IMG/VR virus record: IMGVR_UViG_3300047554_000629
Location: 51,779 to 71,778 of that record
Origin: an uncultured virus (IMG/VR IMGVR_UViG_3300047554_000629)
Lineage: Duplodnaviria > Heunggongvirae > Uroviricota > Caudoviricetes
Direction: 5' to 3' (one strand)
DNA length: 20,000 bases
Shown here in pieces: positions 8,025-14,981 of this stretch. The stretch's first letter is position 1. Every line of letters starts with the position of its first letter. Made by a program: the position numbers and the translations under genes. The notes beneath the pieces are model-generated. The model was not told where the DNA came from. It searched no databases and saw nothing but the letters and a program-made list of their open reading frames with translations.

Positions 8025-8407
8025 GGCTTCGCCTCCATAGGAAACATTTCATCCAATTCCTTTTGGAACTCCTCATCGGACTGCTCAGGAAACGTCCGAT
8101 GAGCCGGGTTGAGTATCTGGTTCTCGATTGCCGTCTTCTCGGCCTCGGTCTTGTTTCCAATGCCAATCAGCATGTCAACCGCGTACATGGCCGAACACGC
8201 CATTGAGAGAATGTCACCGAACTGCGGATTCGTCTGATCGAACTTGGCATGGAAGTCGTCGCCTTCTCGACCGGCGCAGAACTCGACAGACTCAATCGTT
8301 TCACGGCTCGCATAGCAGCTGGTCTTTGGCCGCTTCCAATTCAGCCTAACCCACAACGACCGGCGGCCGTCAGTGAGGCCAATCTGTGTCCACGAATCGT
8401 CAGGCAT
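8021..8407 (-). CDS. Hypothetical protein
   Basis: 128-aa ORF in the operon with an acidic C-terminus. Confidence 0.6.
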   Translation of the reverse strand: MPDDSWTQIGLTDGRRSLWVRLNWKRPKTSCYASRETIESVEFCAGREGDDFHAKFDQTNPQFGDILSMACSAMYAVDMLIGIGNKTEAEKTAIENQILNPAHRTFPEQSDEEFQKELDEMFPMEAKP

Positions 8408-8414
8408 GGGCCAC

Positions 8415-8876
8415 CTAGTCGATGAGGAACAGCTTCACGTTGACCGTGGAGCCAGAGTAGTTGCCTATGGCTATACTATCGACTGCCTCCATCGTTGGTT
8501 CACTTCCGCCCGTAATTAGGGTTGTGTTCGCTGCCGGAAGTATCGAGCCATACCCACAGAGCCAGAATGGGAAGTACGGCCTGATCTTGTGCGTCACGTT
8601 CCCGGTCTGCCCGATCAACTGAAGGTAGATGATCTGGTCGGCCCAGCAGTACAGGTAGTCGAAGTCCACCGGGTAGTTGGAATCCTCGTCCCACAGAGTC
8701 CGCACCGTGGCCGTTGGCACTTGGCCAACGAACGGGTAGACGAGTCCGGTGACGGTCGGGCTCTCAGAGAACGAGTACAGTTCATCAGGCGAACTGTCGG
8801 ATTCGCCCTGGTTGGCGGCGAAGGTTGTGCCGTTGATCTCGATCTCGAATCGAGAGACGATGCCTAAGTTTGCCAT
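8415..8876 (-). CDS. Probable virion structural or decoration-like beta-rich protein
   Basis: MA start, T/S/G-rich, acidic, alternating hydrophobic pattern, C-terminal NYSGSTVNVKLFLID. Function is inferred from composition only. Confidence 0.5.
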   Translation of the reverse strand: MANLGIVSRFEIEINGTTFAANQGESDSSPDELYSFSESPTVTGLVYPFVGQVPTATVRTLWDEDSNYPVDFDYLYCWADQIIYLQLIGQTGNVTHKIRPYFPFWLCGYGSILPAANTTLITGGSEPTMEAVDSIAIGNYSGSTVNVKLFLID

Positions 8877-9058
8877 GAGACTTTGCCTTTCTGATCAAGC
8901 CTGTGAAACAATGCAAGACACGCCAACCCGACCACTTCAGGAGCACCATGCTTCTTGTAGTTGGCCACAGTGTTCCTATGCAGGCCAAGCAATGAAGCTG
9001 CCTCACCGTCGCCTATGCCCATCGAGAGCATCCACTTTACAAAGTCTTCGGCACTCAT
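8864..9058 (-). CDS. Small helix-turn-helix DNA-binding protein
   Basis: MSAEDFVKW..MG...EAASLLGLHRNTVANY..GAP..VGLACLAL pattern. Confidence 0.75.
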   Translation of the reverse strand: MSAEDFVKWMLSMGIGDGEAASLLGLHRNTVANYKKHGAPEVVGLACLALFHRLDQKGKVSWQT

Positions 9059-9059
9059 T

Positions 9060-9109
9060 TGCACAATTTTAGTGCATTTTGCGGCGGTGGACATCACAAA
9101 TTTTGTGCA
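9060..9109. promoter_or_regulatory. Two related palindromic operators, TGCACAATTTTAGTGCA (9060-9076) and TCACAAATTTTGTGCA (9094-9109)
   Basis: Imperfect palindromes immediately upstream of the HTH ATG. The first overlaps a TAAAAT -10 box on the minus strand. Confidence 0.6.
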
Positions 9110-9114
9110 TTCGG

Positions 9115-9390
9115 CTAGTTGCGGTCGTCATGGTCTGTTTCGCCTCTGAAGTGCTCTCCAAGTCCGGCAGACGACGCTTGGCCATGAACGGCATGGATTT
9201 CCTCGAATTTCTGGTAAAAACTCCCTGGTTGCCCAGGCAGGTTGCTGCCGGTGCAGGCATAATCGTGGTCGCTCGCATGTGGGCAACGCTTGTTGCCGCA
9301 CGTCGGACACCTTGGCATTTGCCGCTCAAGCAGGTTCGGCGTTCTCTCATGAACACACCGGACACACATGCAATCAAGAAGGTCAGACAT
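9115..9390 (-). CDS. Cys-rich phage protein (CPxCGNKRCPHAxDH...CTGSNxPGQPGS domain, as in Ead/Eaa-like proteins)
   Basis: Motif CPTCGNKRCPHASDHDYACTGSNLPGQPGS. Confidence 0.75.
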   Translation of the reverse strand: MSDLLDCMCVRCVHERTPNLLERQMPRCPTCGNKRCPHASDHDYACTGSNLPGQPGSFYQKFEEIHAVHGQASSAGLGEHFRGETDHDDRN

Positions 9391-10069
9391 GGCCATTGCT
9401 CCCGTTCGTAGATAGCCCGTGTGCAACACCATTTAGCGTAGGACGCACGATCTCGGCTTCAGGTAGCGGAATAGCGACTCTGGACTTAATATCGGCCAGT
9501 AGGGCCAATAGACCGGCTTTGTGGGTGTCTACTTCGGCGAGTGACAAGCCGCCAGAGGTCAGGTCGATTTTCTGGGCCGGACGTTGGTTGTCTGGCATGA
9601 TGGCATACTTGTCCTCGATGGCCGACAGATGGGGGTGCGGATCACGGAGTTTGTAAGTGACTTCGCCGTCTTTGGTTATGGTGATACCGGCGATCATACG
9701 CCGGGCTTCTCGTGGTATCTCGTGTATGGGTTTGGACTTGCCGTTTTCGTCGAATAGATCGGCTGGGTCTTGGTACGCTATTTGTTGCCGGATTTTCCTT
9801 GTGCGCTTGTATTCTATGGCCATTTGGGCGGCTTCGTGGTCCTTGACGTGCTGCTGGACTTCTTTGAGGTACGCGGCCACATCTGGACGTTTGAGTAGTG
9901 AGTAGGCTCGCTGTTGCGCTTGCTTGTCGGTTTGGGCGGTGAAGCCAGCTTGCTTGTAGGCGCGGGCTCTGTTGCCGGTGGCGATGTAGATGTGGACGAA
10001 GTTGGCGTATCGCCCCCTGAGAGTGTTGAACTTCTTGGGCTTGATCGGGTTTGGTTCTCGTTCAGACAT
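9383..10069 (-). CDS. terS: Phage terminase small subunit (Terminase_2-like)
   Basis: N-terminal FVHIYIATGNRARAYKQAGF...AYSLLKRPDVAAYL, then IAYQDPADLFDENG..KPIHEIP...RRMIAGI...YKLRD and KIDLTSGG. Confidence 0.85.
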   Translation of the reverse strand: MSEREPNPIKPKKFNTLRGRYANFVHIYIATGNRARAYKQAGFTAQTDKQAQQRAYSLLKRPDVAAYLKEVQQHVKDHEAAQMAIEYKRTRKIRQQIAYQDPADLFDENGKSKPIHEIPREARRMIAGITITKDGEVTYKLRDPHPHLSAIEDKYAIMPDNQRPAQKIDLTSGGLSLAEVDTHKAGLLALLADIKSRVAIPLPEAEIVRPTLNGVAHGLSTNGSNGHV

Positions 10070-10078
10070 GGTGATGAC

Positions 10079-11584
10079 CTACTGTTTGGCCTCTTGGGTG
10101 TTCACTTGAACATGCGGCTTGGCCTGCTCGATGATTTGGCAGACATCGGCTTCATAGAATTGGGCAGACATCTCGACACTGGCCGTGACAACGCTCGGCT
10201 TGGCCATGTCACAGATGATGGAGAGCTTGGTTACGCCTTTGGGGTTGATGCCGAGTGTTTTACAGAGCATTTGTCCGAATACGGATGATACGTTGAATTT
10301 CGCCTTGGGCTCATTTTTTGCTGGAGTCGCAAACGGGTCTTTGATCATGATAGGACTGCCGCAGCCATCCTCAAAAGAAATAAAAGAGTGCTCGCTTTTT
10401 AAAACAACGACTTTCACCCCGTAAACAAAGTCTGTTAGGCCATACTTGGCGTTTGTACTTTCAAAGAACTTCTCTCCCCAGTAGTTCCTTACATAGTCTC
10501 TGATCTCGTGCGTCCTTGACAGATCGAGCGCTGTCATCTCGCCGCCTATTATCATCAATATGCCTTCACTTGTTGGCCTTCTGAAATGCCTTGCAACATA
10601 TCCAAGAGAGTTGTTTATTGCCATGAATCCAGGCGATCTAGGGTCAGCGCTGGCATGTGGCCAACCACTTACCATCCTTAGAAAATCTCCGTGTAAAATT
10701 TCAGTTGACTCTTCTTTCTGACTGAGCGAGCGGAATGGGTCTTTGATTACGGCATTTTTGACATCGCCGTTAGTCATTTTGGCACAAATCAAAATGCCGT
10801 CCACCTTCCCTTTATCTTTTTTGATAATTATCTCTAATCCGTACAAGAAGTGCGGTAGCCCCCATGCGGAGTTTGGCCAGACGTATTTGGCACCGTTGAC
10901 CCGTGGCTGGTCTCCGACATACGTGGTGCGAATGTGTTCTCTCACTTCGTCTGTTTTTGAAAGAAGGCCAGCAGTTCTCTGGTCAATCTTCATAGAGACC
11001 TGCACAGGCGTCTCGCCGTTTGTAATAGAGGCGATGGCAATGTGAAGCGTTCTTTTGATTTCCAAGTAGTGCGGCGAATTAGGATCAGCATTTGCCTGCG
11101 TCCAGTCAAATGATAGTTCTGGAGTTTCATCGAATGCTTTTACTTGTCCAAGCATCCTCAAGATTTCCTTGCGAATAATATCGGCGCTCAGCCCCTCTGC
11201 TTGCAGAGCCTCAGAAGCAAGACCTTCTGGCTCACGGATAAGGCCAAGCAATAAGTGCTCAGTCCCCACATAGTTGTGATTGAGGCTTCTGGCTTCCTCA
11301 ATCGAGCATTCGATCACTTTTTTCACAAGAGGAGTATGCGAAAGTCTCCCCATCATCGCCGTCTCCAACTTTGGGCCGGTTTGGGCAATTGCTTCCACTC
11401 TCGTTTCGATCTTTCGGAGATCGATGTCGAGGTTTTTCAAGACATTGGCAGCTACTCCTGATCCTTCCTTGACCAGCCCCAGCAAAATGTGCTCGGTGCC
11501 GATGTACTCGTGGCTTAGACGTTGGGCCTCTTGGTTGGCCAGCTGCATCACCTTGCGAACCCTGTCGGTAAATCGTTCATACAT
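10079..11584 (-). CDS. ClpC N-terminal (double Clp-R) domain fused to a tandem duplicated ~115-125 aa domain and a short C-terminal domain; no AAA+ module
   Basis: aa 1-146 is MYERFTDRVRKVMQLANQEAQRLSHEYIGTEHILLGL...NHNYVGTEHLLLGL. aa 159-284 and 306-418 align with each other (W..A.ADP.SP...I...L; LS.T.E.R; N..(W/Y)GL..F.YG; IKDPF). No Walker A motif. Confidence 0.9.
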   Translation of the reverse strand: MYERFTDRVRKVMQLANQEAQRLSHEYIGTEHILLGLVKEGSGVAANVLKNLDIDLRKIETRVEAIAQTGPKLETAMMGRLSHTPLVKKVIECSIEEARSLNHNYVGTEHLLLGLIREPEGLASEALQAEGLSADIIRKEILRMLGQVKAFDETPELSFDWTQANADPNSPHYLEIKRTLHIAIASITNGETPVQVSMKIDQRTAGLLSKTDEVREHIRTTYVGDQPRVNGAKYVWPNSAWGLPHFLYGLEIIIKKDKGKVDGILICAKMTNGDVKNAVIKDPFRSLSQKEESTEILHGDFLRMVSGWPHASADPRSPGFMAINNSLGYVARHFRRPTSEGILMIIGGEMTALDLSRTHEIRDYVRNYWGEKFFESTNAKYGLTDFVYGVKVVVLKSEHSFISFEDGCGSPIMIKDPFATPAKNEPKAKFNVSSVFGQMLCKTLGINPKGVTKLSIICDMAKPSVVTASVEMSAQFYEADVCQIIEQAKPHVQVNTQEAKQ

Positions 11585-11619
11585 GATTTCCTAGTCCTTT
11601 CGTTGCAAAGAGGTCTATC

Positions 11620-11847
11620 TCATGGCTTGTCCGCTTCTTGCTTGTTGTCATCATTCTTGATGCCAAGCCGACGTTCGGCCCAGCGCAACAATGCGTATAC
11701 CACGCCTGCCACTGGAACGCCCAGAGACTTTACCACTTCGTCCTGGTCGATCTTGCTGGCGAGAATCCAGAGCGGCGCAACACATATGACGCCGACAACG
11801 CCTATCTGAACCGTGGGCCAGAAGTGTTTATGTTGGTAGAATTTAAT
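11620..11847 (-). CDS. 75-aa two-TM membrane protein (holin-like) with an apparent ATT start, or a start-codon pseudogene
   Basis: Read by hand: GAGGT-N8-ATT AAA TTC... gives IKFYQHKHFWPTVQIGVVGVICVAPLWILASKIDQDEVVKSLGVPVAGVVYALLRWAERRLGIKNDDNKQEADKP. In-frame TAA just upstream. Confidence 0.5.
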   Translation of the reverse strand: MKFYQHKHFWPTVQIGVVGVICVAPLWILASKIDQDEVVKSLGVPVAGVVYALLRWAERRLGIKNDDNKQEADKP

Positions 11848-11864
11848 AGTGGCTTACCTCAGTG

Positions 11865-12130
11865 TTGATAGCCGATGCGTTTCATCGAGCCTGCTTCCGT
11901 TTCCAGAAGTCTTACTGGCTCTCCGCGCCCGCGCCTAAAAGCACGGCCACGAACTATCATAGCCGCAGCAACATCCCGGTTACAGGATAATCCGCACCAT
12001 TTGCACGAGTTCCGATCACCTAGTTCGGTGTGGCGGTCCAGATTGCGACTATTCCGCCATGCCAACGCAAGGTAAAGGAGGCGGTCCATGTTGGACCTGA
12101 GAAGAGCCGCTTATTGACAACGGCTGTCTC
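11865..12130 (-). mobile_element. Decayed IS200/IS605-family remnant (tnpB 3' end)
   Basis: LGDRNSCKWCGLSCNRDVAAAMIV resembles the TnpB C-terminal CxxCG...RDxNAAxNI motif. Followed by a hairpin CGATG-AAACG-CATCG ending in TCAA. Another hairpin at ~12098-12130. Confidence 0.55.
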
Positions 12131-12181
12131 TGTTTTCGCCCGGCCAGTGTTAGCGCACCGACCGGGCTATTGAAGCGGCAA

Positions 12182-12253
12182 GCCCACGTAGCCTAATGGA
12201 AAGGCACCCTGTTCGTACCGGGAGCTATGTGGGTTCAAATCCTGCCGTGGGCA
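12182..12253 (+). tRNA. tRNA-Thr(CGT), CCA not encoded
   Basis: Acceptor GCCCACG/CGTGGGC, D arm GCCT/AGGC, anticodon loop TTCGTAC, T arm GTGGG-TTCAAAT-CCTGC. Confidence 0.85.
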
Positions 12254-12318
12254 GTTTTCAAACCGTGCGCAGACCGTGCGCGCTTCACTACATAGCATAA
12301 GGACGCGAAGCGGTGCAT

Positions 12319-12459
12319 TCAACTCAAAAACGCTACTGTCTTGCCCCGATCTTCCAATTCTTCCCGCGCGGACCGCCGTAGCCGATCTCGCATCCACTCG
12401 GATAGCTTCTTGCCGTCTTGCTCCGCAGCATCGACAAACGCCTGTTTTTCGGCGATACC
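12319..12459 (-). pseudogene. 5'-truncated ribbon-helix-helix-like gene (AEKQAFVDAAEQDGKKLSEWMRDRLRRSAREELE)
   Basis: Read by hand. The EK..F..AA...G..LS.W.R..L pattern is typical of RHH/CopG-like proteins. The N-terminal beta-strand is missing. Confidence 0.55.
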
Positions 12460-12561
12460 GACGCCGCCGATTGCCCGCAACTTCCGGCACTTGTCGCCAA
12501 GACGGCAGATAACTTCAAGATAGGTGAAGTGTCAGCAGACAAGGCTTACCTGTCGGTCGAA
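12460..12561 (+). pseudogene. Internal fragment of a DDE transposase (IS5/IS4-like, DDE_Tnp_1)
   Basis: DAADCPQLPALVAKTADNFKIGEVSADKAYLSVE contains the ADKAY catalytic-Asp motif. No start codon and no continuation. Confidence 0.7.
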
Positions 12562-12606
12562 AAAAGGCACACGTGGCGATCTCCCACGGTGCAATGAGCG
12601 CCTTGG

Positions 12607-12849
12607 CTAGTCTTCGAGGCGTTCAAGCCATCCGGGTCGGCATATTGCTGTAACGCAAGTACCGGCCCCGGCTTCTTCCCCGTTTCGGTCGAAGATGATT
12701 TCGCGGTTCCCAAATGGCAAATCACCGTATACGCGAAAACGTAACATCCCGTTCGGGTCAACTTCAAATTGAAAAGCTAAACCTGATGCCTGGTCTTCAA
12801 CTATCTGTTCTTTGATCGTCCATGATTTGGCGTCGGTTTTCAACGACAT
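12607..12849 (-). CDS. Hypothetical protein
   Basis: RBS GGAGG, 80-aa ORF with protein-like composition. Confidence 0.6.
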   Translation of the reverse strand: MSLKTDAKSWTIKEQIVEDQASGLAFQFEVDPNGMLRFRVYGDLPFGNREIIFDRNGEEAGAGTCVTAICRPGWLERLED

Positions 12850-13022
12850 GATATTCCTCCGATTGCGGCCAATAATCTGAATTCGCAGTTCTTCAGGCTG
12901 TCAACGTACAGCATCACGCGGCACATCTGGCGGCGCATGCTATCCGGCATCGTCGGCATTCCTTTTGCGCACCTGACAATCTCTTCCCACCACAGTTCAA
13001 ACACGCAATCGCCTGATTTCAT
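12840..13022 (-). CDS. Hypothetical protein
   Basis: 60-aa ORF in the operon. Confidence 0.45.
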   Translation of the reverse strand: MKSGDCVFELWWEEIVRCAKGMPTMPDSMRRQMCRVMLYVDSLKNCEFRLLAAIGGISCR

Positions 13023-13027
13023 TTATT

Positions 13028-13450
13028 TCACCGGAAGATGAACACGATGTCTTTCCGCCCGCCCTCGCCCGGCTCGCACTCCGGGAACCGATACACCGGG
13101 ATCGCCAGCGGCATCTGGCCGCGATAGTACGAACGCGGCCCCAACGCCCATCGAAACTCGACTAGCTTGCGCTCGAATGCTTCCCATGTCGTTGGCGGCA
13201 GCACGTTTGGTTTACCGTGGCTGAGCTTCCAGCGCCATTCCTGCAACGTCGCCAGTTCGCGCCATAGGTACGCTCGATAGCAAGCATCGCATTCCCACTC
13301 GCAGTCATGCCGATGAACCGGATGCTCTTTGAGCCAGCCTACATGCTGTTCGGCTGCGGTTGCGCATCGTTGGGCATGTCCAAGGTTCGGCAGGAATACA
13401 AGATCATCTGGATGGACGGGCAGGCACAGCATTGCCACGACTTCCATCAT
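13028..13450 (-). CDS. Hypothetical protein (LGPRSYYRGQMPLAIPVYRF motif)
   Basis: ATGA overlap with the upstream stop at 13447. Confidence 0.6.
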   Translation of the reverse strand: MMEVVAMLCLPVHPDDLVFLPNLGHAQRCATAAEQHVGWLKEHPVHRHDCEWECDACYRAYLWRELATLQEWRWKLSHGKPNVLPPTTWEAFERKLVEFRWALGPRSYYRGQMPLAIPVYRFPECEPGEGGRKDIVFIFR

Positions 13451-13863
13451 GCCTCGATCCCCATTGCCTTGACGCATTCGGCCATTTCGTCGAATGCCTT
13501 TGTGCCGATCACTCGCCGCAGGCTTGTGGCCTCTGCCCGGCCCCTGGTATTAGCATACCGCAAAGCGTCCACGATGTCTTTGCCGATCTTCTCTTCGTCG
13601 TCTATGACAGCCGGGCTCAAGTAGTCGCAAAGAATATCGTACAATAGCCAGCTGATCGATGGAGTTGCATATGGATGATCAGAGAAGCACTGCTTGGTCC
13701 AGATTCGGCCACGGCATACAACCCTGGCAATGTGCTTGAACTTAAATGAGTTTGCCCATGCCGGAATCTTGTCAAAGTGCTTGGCCTCCCGATAGAGAAG
13801 AGAAACCCTGTGCCGCATGGCAATAATGCTCAGATCGGCAAGGCACAAGTCGAATTCATCCAT
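13447..13863 (-). CDS. Hypothetical protein
   Basis: RBS AAGGAGG before ATG 13863. Confidence 0.6.
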   Translation of the reverse strand: MDEFDLCLADLSIIAMRHRVSLLYREAKHFDKIPAWANSFKFKHIARVVCRGRIWTKQCFSDHPYATPSISWLLYDILCDYLSPAVIDDEEKIGKDIVDALRYANTRGRAEATSLRRVIGTKAFDEMAECVKAMGIEA

Positions 13864-13876
13864 GACAGCCTCCTTG

Positions 13877-14038
13877 TTATCCGTCTTCTGGAATAGTAAC
13901 CCCAGCTTCGATGTCCTTGAGTTTGCCGCCTTCTCCAAATGTACAAGCCAACTCGACTTCGCAATCGTCACCGTAGGAGTTGGCGACCCACTCCTTGATG
14001 ATTTTTTCTATATCGGCATTATCTAGTATGATCTTCAC
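13877..14038 (-). CDS. Small acidic hypothetical protein
   Basis: GTGA overlap with the upstream gene, MKIILDNADIEKIIKEWV. Confidence 0.55.
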   Translation of the reverse strand: MKIILDNADIEKIIKEWVANSYGDDCEVELACTFGEGGKLKDIEAGVTIPEDG

Positions 14039-14226
14039 TTTTTCTCCATCAAAACCTGAGTCTCGCACTGTGGGCAAATCACATGAGGGGACGACGATTT
14101 CACACCATTAACCACGCCGCCCCAATGCAACTCATTCGGCTCGCACGCCAACTCAGCCTCGCAGTTCGGGCACTTGCCGACGTATTTGATGCGTTGCTCG
14201 ATAACCTTCCCAAGTTTCACTTGCAT
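14035..14226 (-). CDS. Zinc-ribbon protein
   Basis: CPNC...CPQC motifs, RBS GGAG. Confidence 0.7.
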   Translation of the reverse strand: MQVKLGKVIEQRIKYVGKCPNCEAELACEPNELHWGGVVNGVKSSSPHVICPQCETQVLMEKK

Positions 14227-14237
14227 TTTGGCTCCAG

Positions 14238-14981
14238 TTAGTCAATGAAAATACGGCGTTTCAAAGGCGTCTCAGGAGAAACCGGCTTCGGCCTCTCCTC
14301 GTGAATCTTCATGCCTTCGGCCTTGAGGATCGCCTGCACAAGAATCCGAAGAACATCGCGCTTCTGCTTGCAAGCGTACAGGTCTTTGTAATTGATGACG
14401 GCCACTTTCTGAACGCCGTTCCGCTTCCACTTGATCTTGATCTTTTTGTCGGACTCAAGGTTGTGGAAGTCGAAGTCAACGCCCTGGAATTCGCCCGGCA
14501 AAACTGAGTAGATCAAATCGGCGTCAACGCCGAAGAATGACTTCTTCTTGGACTCTTCGGCAAGACGCGCCGCTTTGGCCTCTTGCTGTTTGATCATCAT
14601 TTCCCTGATGTACTCAGATTGGTTCCTCCCCAATGTAAAACTGCCTATCCATTCTGGCATGGCAACGATTGGCCCATACACGATTGACTTGAAATCGTCT
14701 TTGGGAGTGGCTGTAGTCGTTGACCACTGTTTCCCTATCTCTTCAGATGCCATATCCACGCCCTCCAAAGCGGCCTGCTTCTCCATGAACTCAGCCCGCA
14801 TCGCCAAAGCCTCTCTGTATGCCCAACTGTATGAGTCATCTGCTTTCAAGATCGACGGAGGCACGCCTAGTCCAGAGTCCAATCCGGCCATCGCTTCCTT
14901 AAAAGCATCACTGGCGATGCTTGTTGCGTCAATTGGCTCATAACCCCATTTCGGATTCTTGATCTCCACATATGCCATCAC
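14238..14981 (-). CDS. Hypothetical protein
   Basis: 247-aa ORF coupled to the upstream stop. Confidence 0.65.
   Translation of the reverse strand: MMAYVEIKNPKWGYEPIDATSIASDAFKEAMAGLDSGLGVPPSILKADDSYSWAYREALAMRAEFMEKQAALEGVDMASEEIGKQWSTTTATPKDDFKSIVYGPIVAMPEWIGSFTLGRNQSEYIREMMIKQQEAKAARLAEESKKKSFFGVDADLIYSVLPGEFQGVDFDFHNLESDKKIKIKWKRNGVQKVAVINYKDLYACKQKRDVLRILVQAILKAEGMKIHEERPKPVSPETPLKRRIFID

Noticed and set aside
10079..11584. Annotation as full ClpC/ClpB ATPase
   Set aside because: No Walker A/B motifs or AAA+ domains. Only the N-domain is present.
14800..14890. Portal-like snippet GLGVPPSILK..DSYSWA in the 247-aa protein
   Set aside because: Too short, and the rest of the protein does not resemble a portal.
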